Part shown: positions 9,733 to 16,594 of the stretch, in pieces | Position numbering within the stretch: the stretch's first letter is position 1 | Layout: every line of letters starts with the position of its first letter | NCBI RefSeq assembly: GCF_000372725.1 | Contig: NW_005201287.1 | Span: 181,899-201,898 of the forward strand | Length of the DNA stretch: 20,000 nt | Source of the DNA: Emiliania huxleyi CCMP1516 | Lineage: Eukaryota | Direction of reading: 5' to 3' | Program-made: the position numbers and the translations under genes | The notes under the pieces: model-generated | What the model saw: the letters and a program-made list of their open reading frames with translations, nothing else | The model's database searches: none | What the model was told of the DNA's origin: nothing

Positions 9733-9779
9733 GTCCTATCGATAGGACGCGCGACTGAAAGGCCGACTGAAAGGCCGAC
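9733..9779. promoter_or_regulatory. Perfect 16-bp palindrome plus a 12-bp tandem repeat in the divergent intergenic region
   Basis: GTCCTATCGATAGGAC at 9733-9748 and (CGACTGAAAGGC)x2 at 9752-9775. The regulatory role is an inference from position. Confidence 0.4.
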
Positions 9780-9832
9780 GATCATCGCCGACGATCACTG
9801 CCGACGCACGATTTTAATTGCTTGCACCTGCG

Positions 9833-11050
9833 ATGTCACGCCTCTGCTGCAATTTGCTGGCACTCCACCACATAAATAATCTTGCGCAGGTGCACGCCTT
9901 TGGTGCGACGCCTTCGGTGCCAATTGCACGTCCAAGTCCGAGCGTTGCAGCTCCACCGAGTCCGAGGGCGAGTCCAGGCGTGGAAGGGTTCAGTTACGTC
10001 CCAAATGACTGCCCGCTGAACTCAACAGTGCAGCTGGCCTCGGGTGGAAAAAAGGCTGAGTACTTCTTCTGCGGCACGCGCTTTGTCGCAGTTAAAACCC
10101 CCACCTGGCTCGCAAATTTCCGCGCCATCGCGGCACGGCCCGATGACGTGATTTTCGCGACGCAACCACCCGCCGGCAAAGCCAAAGAGGCTGGCTTGGG
10201 TCTCATCAAAGCTTTCACCGGCGCGCGCGAAGTGTCGGGCCACACCGAGTTTTACGACTTTGAAATGGACCCGTCAGGATCGGGTCTCAACCTCGAGGCA
10301 CCAGGCCGGCGCCTGTTCGGGACCCACGTGCCGTTCGAGTGGTTGCCGACTTCAATCCTGAGCACGCCAGCCGGTCAGTCTCCGTGCAAGGTCGTTATGT
10401 TGGTGCGCGAGCCAAAGGAGTACATAGTCGCTGCAAACGATTTCGCTGGGGGGGGCGCTGCGGGCATCGACCCGCTCTTGGAGAGGCATGTCGGCGCAGC
10501 GCTTGGCTCTGGTGACGGCGAGATGGGTGCTGGCAGCCGCGGCTTCGCGGCCTTCACGAATGGTTACTCCGCTGCACTTGATGGCTCAGGCAACGGCGGC
10601 CCCAATGTGTTCCTGCTGAGCCAAACTCACCTGGCCAATCCATCCACAGTTGAGGCGGAGGTGGCCCGCTTGGCCGCGTTCCTTGGGATTTTGGACTACC
10701 AAGAGCAGATGTACGCGGATGCCATCTCCAAGGCGCAGTCCAGTGCTGCCACGGCGCTGGGTAGCGTGGGCAAGATGACCGCAGAGCAGGCTGAGACTGC
10801 GGACACCGTCTTCAAAGAACCGCTTGTCGACCAGCGGGCGACGTGCTTCTACTCGAGCACAATGGCATGCGAAGGCATGCCCTTTGGCACTGCACCTCCT
10901 GGCAACACTCCTGAGGAGGAGGAGGAAGAGGAGGGGGCAGGTGCTAGCAGTGGTGGTGCCCCAAGAGGTCGTGGTGGTGAGGAGGGGGAGACAGGTGGCC
11001 CCACAAAGGTTCAGGGTGGCGGCGGAAGCTTGGGCCGTGGCCGCGCCTAG
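9833..11050 (+). CDS. Sulfotransferase-fold (Sulfotransfer_1/SULT-like) protein with degenerate PAPS-binding motifs; start codon uncertain
   Basis: ARPDDVIFATQPPAG (cf. RPDDxxxxTYPKSGT), RRLFGTHVPFEWLP (cf. PRLIKTHLPxxLLP), KVVMLVREPKEYIVA (cf. KVIYVARNPKDVxVS) and EVARLAAFLG (cf. EVxKIxxFLG) occur in the correct order. Pro/Ser-rich N-terminal linker and acidic/Gly-rich tail. Confidence 0.75.
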   Translation: MSRLCCNLLALHHINNLAQVHAFGATPSVPIARPSPSVAAPPSPRASPGVEGFSYVPNDCPLNSTVQLASGGKKAEYFFCGTRFVAVKTPTWLANFRAIAARPDDVIFATQPPAGKAKEAGLGLIKAFTGAREVSGHTEFYDFEMDPSGSGLNLEAPGRRLFGTHVPFEWLPTSILSTPAGQSPCKVVMLVREPKEYIVAANDFAGGGAAGIDPLLERHVGAALGSGDGEMGAGSRGFAAFTNGYSAALDGSGNGGPNVFLLSQTHLANPSTVEAEVARLAAFLGILDYQEQMYADAISKAQSSAATALGSVGKMTAEQAETADTVFKEPLVDQRATCFYSSTMACEGMPFGTAPPGNTPEEEEEEEGAGASSGGAPRGRGGEEGETGGPTKVQGGGGSLGRGRA

Positions 11051-11081
11051 GCGACTATGGAGTGACACCCACCCTGCACAA

Positions 11082-11147
11082 AGATCGCACGGGCGGGGAC
11101 TTGCTCCTTGTTACCCATCTCCTAGTAGAGGTGTCCGTTTTATTTAT
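11082..11147 (+). repeat. (TTTA)n-tailed dispersed element, right copy; may extend further left into the end of the sulfotransferase-like ORF
   Basis: agatcgcacgggcggggacttgctccttgttacccatctcctagtagaggtgtccgttttatttat; inverted match to 8240-8312. Confidence 0.85.
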
Positions 11148-11617
11148 GTATGCCCCAGCCCCAGTTCTGCTGATTGAGTTCGGAGGCGACGTAGCTGACG
11201 TATGCCCATTTGCACTGAGGGGAAGATCAGGGGTCGGGGATCTAGGAGAGAGGGGCTACAGGGGCGACAACATGGGCGATGGATATCGGGCGAAGGGCAG
11301 GGGCTAGGGCTACACACCTGCGTCTCGCCGGCGACGAGGGTGCCAACGTGGGCCTCGCTCATAAAGGTGCCGTTGACAAGCAGCTGCCCGTCACGGAGGG
11401 TGTAGAGCGCCTCCTCCAGGCGTACGTTGATGCTCAGCCCAGGAGCGGACAAGTAGTTGTACAGCGAGTTGTGCTTGCCCCTGAAGTCGGCGCGACCGCC
11501 GTGGGCGAGGTCCCAGTGTGGGTTCTTGATCACCTTGGCTAAATACTGTCCCGCGCATGGGTCAAGCTCGACGTCCGGACGCCAGAGCCAGCCAGCTCGC
11601 GAGTTGAAAGCGGCGAA
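11140..11617 (-). pseudogene. Fragment of a GDPH/VWD-like ('DPHxxxAHGGRADFRG') extracellular-domain gene, 3'-truncated at the repeat; intron 11317-11215
   Basis: KNPHWDLAHGGRADFRGKHNSLYNYLSAPGLSINVRLEE...VNGTFMSEAHV...ETQ, GT-AG intron, then CKWAYVSYVASELNQQNWGWGIHK*. The stop codon lies in the repeat's TAAA tail, and there is no in-frame ATG before the upstream stop. The family call is from motif recollection. Confidence 0.55.
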
Positions 11618-11969
11618 TCATATCACCGGAGACGCGCGCAGGTTATGGCGGACTGGATGGCAGAACGGACGGCCGAAGGCCAACCGCCGCCCTTTTGCGA
11701 CTTGTTTTGGTTTCTTTTGAGCGCGAAGGGATGCTCTTCGTAAGTCAGCGGCGTAATGCCGAGATCACAACCCCGACGAGGTGACAACTTAAACCTTAAA
11801 TTCTTTCCCAAGATCGGACCCCTAGCCACGCCCAAGCGTCCATGCAGCTCCACAGGAGAAGGTTGCTCAATTCGTTTGTGCAGGGGCTCTGCGGAGGTGG
11901 TGTGGTGTGCGCGCGTGCATGCGTGTGTATGTGCGTGTGCGGTTTACTGTGCAGCAAAAGGCGTTCTCC

Positions 11970-14900
11970 TCAGACGATCTGGCGGTCCAGCGTCGCTGAC
12001 TCTTCCACAACGTCGTCGCCATTCGACGGCTCCGTGTTCGAAGAGGTGCCGCGGGCCTGCGTCGATCGAGCGAGAGTGGCGCGGCGCACGCGCGACTGAG
12101 CCGTCTGCTTGGTCGCTCCGAGCGCCTTTGCGAGGAGGGCGAGCGACACCTGCCGGTGCGGGTCCGAGTGGCAGCCGACGGCGAGGTCGTTGTACAGCCC
12201 ATCGGAGAGCAGATCGCGCGGCGTCACCTCGAAAAAGTGGGCAAAGATGCAGCCGCCGCGAACGGCGTCGTTCTCGTGCGCCATGACGAGCGGCAGCTTG
12301 GCGCGGCGCGCGGCGCGCACCTGCTCTGCGAGCGCCTCGGCGCCATCGTCGGCCCACGTCGCCTCCTTCAGGTAGAGCAGCATGTGCGTCGCCTCGCCGC
12401 CGCCATCTCTTCTCGCGCGTCGAGGTAGCGAAGAGAGGAGCAAGGAGAGGCGCGAGAAGCGCGAGGAGCGAGGCAGCGAGAAGAGGCACGAGGGCGGTGC
12501 GTCGGTGATCGAGATGCCATCAGGCACAGCCGCCGCGACCGCATCGGCAAGCCCTCGCGCCCCGTCATTCAAAGTCGAGGCCCAGAGAACCACCGGCTTG
12601 GGGAAGGCGAGGTCGTCGGCTCGGATCTCGCCCGGGATGCACAGGGGCAGCTCGTCCTCGCCCTCGTACTTTGGCGTCTTCAGCAGCAGCGCCTCGGCGA
12701 TGACCTTGAGCGAGGCGTGCTGGAAGGCCTCGATGCGATGCCACACCGCCATCGGCCAGCCGGCGTCGAAGATGGCGGCCTGCAGCTCCTCGGGGCACTC
12801 GGATCGCAGCTCGGCGAGCGTGCCCCCGCCCTTGTCCGGGTCTGCCTCGTGGACGAGCACGAGCGGCTTGCCCATCTCTAGCGCGGCGCGGACCTCGCGC
12901 AAGCAGTTCGTCGAGCGCAGGTAGCCCCGCGATAGGAAGCAGAGCACCACCTGCGAGCGACCAACGTACGCCTCCAGCTCTCCGATGTTCTTGAGGTCGT
13001 CGACGTCGAGGAAGATCTCGCAGCCGGGCAGGAACTGCTGGAGCTCATTCTTGATGACGGCGACGGCGTCCTACACGGGAGGAAGGCAGGTCAGGTTTAT
13101 CCGCACCTTAAGCGGTGGGACAAGGGGTGGCAAACCTGCCCCGTGCTCCAGACGTGGCTGAGGAAGAGGTGCCACTGCTGACCGTCGGCGAGGGTGATGC
13201 CGTCGCGCATCGGCTCGCGCATCGACGAGACGAGCCGCATGGTCTTCGCTCTCGAGGCGCTGACCGCCGATACGAGGATGACGATTAGCGAGACGGCGAG
13301 CATGACCGCGGTGAGGACGACGGCAAAGGTGCTGGCGCCGCGCAAGGTCTGGTAGCCGACGAGGTTGTAGCACATGTCCTCGTACATGGTGCTGTCGCAC
13401 AGCTGTGGTGGCGAGGTCGGGTGTGGTGAGTTGCGCGGTTACGGGAGACAGAGAGGGACGGTGAGGAATTTCAGCGGGGGCGCGGACCTGGATGACCACT
13501 CCCGAGGCGAAGCAGCATGTGAGGAGCAGGTTGGCGATGCACGCGAGGCAGAGGTCGTCGGAGCGCCGGTAGGGGCGGGCGAGGGCGAGGATGGTCGCAA
13601 ACATGGCCGAGACGACGCCGGCGACCACGGTGCGCAGCAGCTTCCTGGAGCCGTACTCCTGGTCGATGAAGAGCACCATCGAGGTGAGGAAGATCTTGCG
13701 GACCAGGTCGAGCACCTCCCAGAAGAGGAGGCCGGCAGAGTAGTCCCGCCAGAGGAAGCTCGTCGCGCTGGAGAGCAACGTTGCGCGCTGCGCAGCCACA
13801 GGCTTGCGGACGCAGAGCAGCAGCGCCAGGAAGCCGAGCGGCACGAGGACGGGCCAGAGGGCAAAGAAGGTCCAAAAGTACGGCTCGAGTCCGCTCGTCT
13901 CGTCGTCCCACGTCGGACCGGCGTCGCACGTGAGCGACGGGTCGGCGAGCAGGTAGCTGATGCGCTGGCCTGTGGCGTCGTCGTAGCCAAAGGACTCGCA
14001 CAGCCTCGCGCTGAAGATGGAGCGCGAGACGGAGGGAAGCACCAGGTAGAAGATGAAGATCGCCCAGTAAAGGAGGCGGCCAAAGAGGTTGCGGTCGAGT
14101 GCCTGCTTGTTGTTGAGGACCGCCGCCACCGCCACAATGGCGAGCGACACGAAAGCGACGGCGGCGTACGGCCAGAGGCCCGCGACGAGCAAGCGCGTGC
14201 TCATGGCTCCGATGCAGCGGCCCGGGATGGCAACGCCGAACAGGTCCAGGCTGAACAGCTTGAGCACGTCGAGCCAGCGCGTAAAGCGCTCGTCGAGGCG
14301 GACGCCGTAGACGAGGCCGAGGGTGCTGCTCACCTGGTAGAAGCTGACGACGATCTTGAACTTGGGCTGGAAGCCGACCTCAGACTCAATGCGGGTGGCT
14401 CGCTTCCGGAGGCGGCGGGAGAAGGAGAGGTGACGAAGCCCAGCGGCGGCGGCGGCGAGCACAGCGATGACGATGACAAAGCCGACAACGACGCCGGCGG
14501 AGCGGGCCGTCGAGGGGCAGGCGACGCAGCGCCCCTCGGCAGAGCTAAAGTAGTCCGAGTCCGCGACGCAGACCTCGCAGAGCGGCCCGGTGTGGCCGGC
14601 GGTGCAGTGTGGGTCGTCATCTCCGTCGGTGAGGCGGCGGCGGCTGGGCTGGCCGGAGCTACCAGAGCACGTCTCTGAGTCACAACGGTGGAGCTCCGAG
14701 GTGGCGTTGGAGGCGCGCCAGTAGCCGACGTCCACGCCGAGGGACGCGAGGGCGGTGCCGGCGCTGCAGTTGGCGTTTGAAGGGCAATACTTGCAGTACT
14801 TGGTCGGGATTTTGAAGATGTCGTCTGCATCGGCGCTCGAGTCCTTCAAGTAGAAGCCCTCCTTGCAAATCGAGCAGGTGACGTCGCCGCGCCCACTACT

Positions 14901-16560
14901 CAAGGGATGGGGGCAGAGGGTGCATTCCCCCTGGCCAGCGTTGGCGGCGTACGTGCCTGCACTACACTCGTCGCACGATACGCTGCCGGCGCCAGAGGTG
15001 GTGCCAGGCTTACAGCGCTCGCACTGGGAGAGGTCAGGCGTGGCGGCGAAAGCGCCCGGCGAGCACTCCGCCGGCGGCGCAGCCCCACCGCTGCACGACG
15101 ATCCCGCCGGGCAGCCGAAGCAGTCGGGATCGCCGTCATCGTCGGTGGCGTTGGCGTATGTGCCCAGCTCGCACGCCGCGGGCAGCTCGAGCGACGCGCC
15201 AAGAGGACAGAGGCTGCCAGGCTTACAGCGGAGGCACTCGGCTGCGCCGCTCGCCTTCTGGTAGAATCCGGCGGAGCATCGCTCGCACTTGGAGAGGCCA
15301 GGCGTGGCGGCGAAATGGCCGGGCTCACAGGGCGCGCACGTGTCGCCACTCTTCGCTCCCGGCGTCGCGCTCGCGGTGCCGGCAGGGCAGAGCTCGCACG
15401 CGGCGCTCGCATTGGAGCCGTTGGTCGGGTTGAAGCTGCCTGCGGGACAGGGCTCCCAGACCATGCTCGTGGCGGCGCCCACTTCATTGCAGTAGCCGCC
15501 CTTTGGACACGGCTCGCAAGACGACTGCCCGACAGCCGCCGAGTAGCTCCCCGGAGGACAGGCGAGGCACTCCGTCGCGCCGCTGCCGGGCTGATATTGG
15601 CCGGGGGCGCACGGCAGACAGGCATCCTCGCTCGCCGCGCCGCGAGCCGGCATCATCGTGCCGCGGGGGCACGGCGTCGGATCGGCGGTCCCCTCGACGC
15701 AGTAGCGGCCTTGAGGGCACTGCCCGCTGCAGGTGGGGCTGCTCAGGTCGGTCTCGTTCCCGAAGAAGCCGGCGGCGCACTCCTTCAAGCAGCCGGTGAA
15801 GTCGCCGGAGAAGGCGTCCTCCCCGTCGCCACTCGTGGGCGGCATGTACTGCCCGAGCTCGCAGATCCAGCTGATGGGCGCGTTGGAGCTCACGGTCGTC
15901 TCGCCGACGTTGCCCTCGAAGGCGGTGCCGACGATGAGGGCGGTCTCACTGTCCGTGTCCTGGGAGGCGTACTCGATCGCAGCGCCCTTGCCAGCCTCGT
16001 TGCGCTCAAAGGCGGAGCCCCTGATGACGAGGCTCTGCGACAGCTCGGCAAATAGCCCGCCGCCGCTATTTCCCGCCTCGCAGCCCGAGACCGTCACCGC
16101 GTCGAGGCCGAGGCGGCTGCCCTTGGAGGCGATGCCGCCGCCGTCCCCGCCGGCGGAGGAGTTGCTGATGGTGACGCCGCGAAGGGTCGCCTCGCCGCCC
16201 TCAATCAGAAGGGAGCCGCCGTCGCCGTCCGCGCGGCCGTTGACGAGGGTGATGTCGCCCTCCAGCGTCAGGCGGCAGCCGCCCGAGACGAGGAAGTGGC
16301 GCGACATGCCCTCGGCGTTCATGATGGCGGTCGAGCCTGGGCTGCTCCGGATGGCAAGCTCGATCGGGGTGCGGCACGACAGCTCGCTGCCGCCGAGAAG
16401 GAATTGTGCGTCGCGCTGCAGCTGCAGCGACGCATTGCCGCTGGGACCGCCCTCGGCGTCTTTGAGCCGCTCGCGCAGCTGGTCGACGGTCTCGACGAGA
16501 TGGGTCGCGGGGGTGAGCGGCGGGAGCGGCGGCGAAGATGGCGGTGATGGAGGGGACGGT

Positions 16561-16594
<34 letters not shown>

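Noticed and set aside
8221..11160. Definite Pack-MULE/TIR transposon call
   Set aside because: No target-site duplication or transposase, the ends are simple (TTTA)n tails, and a solo third copy exists; kept only as a hypothesis.
13071..13487. C-terminal ~138 aa of the 2146-aa ORF as real protein
   Set aside because: It is read-through into an intron and off-frame sequence; splicing at 13487/13403 gives a TM helix and the TIR start instead.
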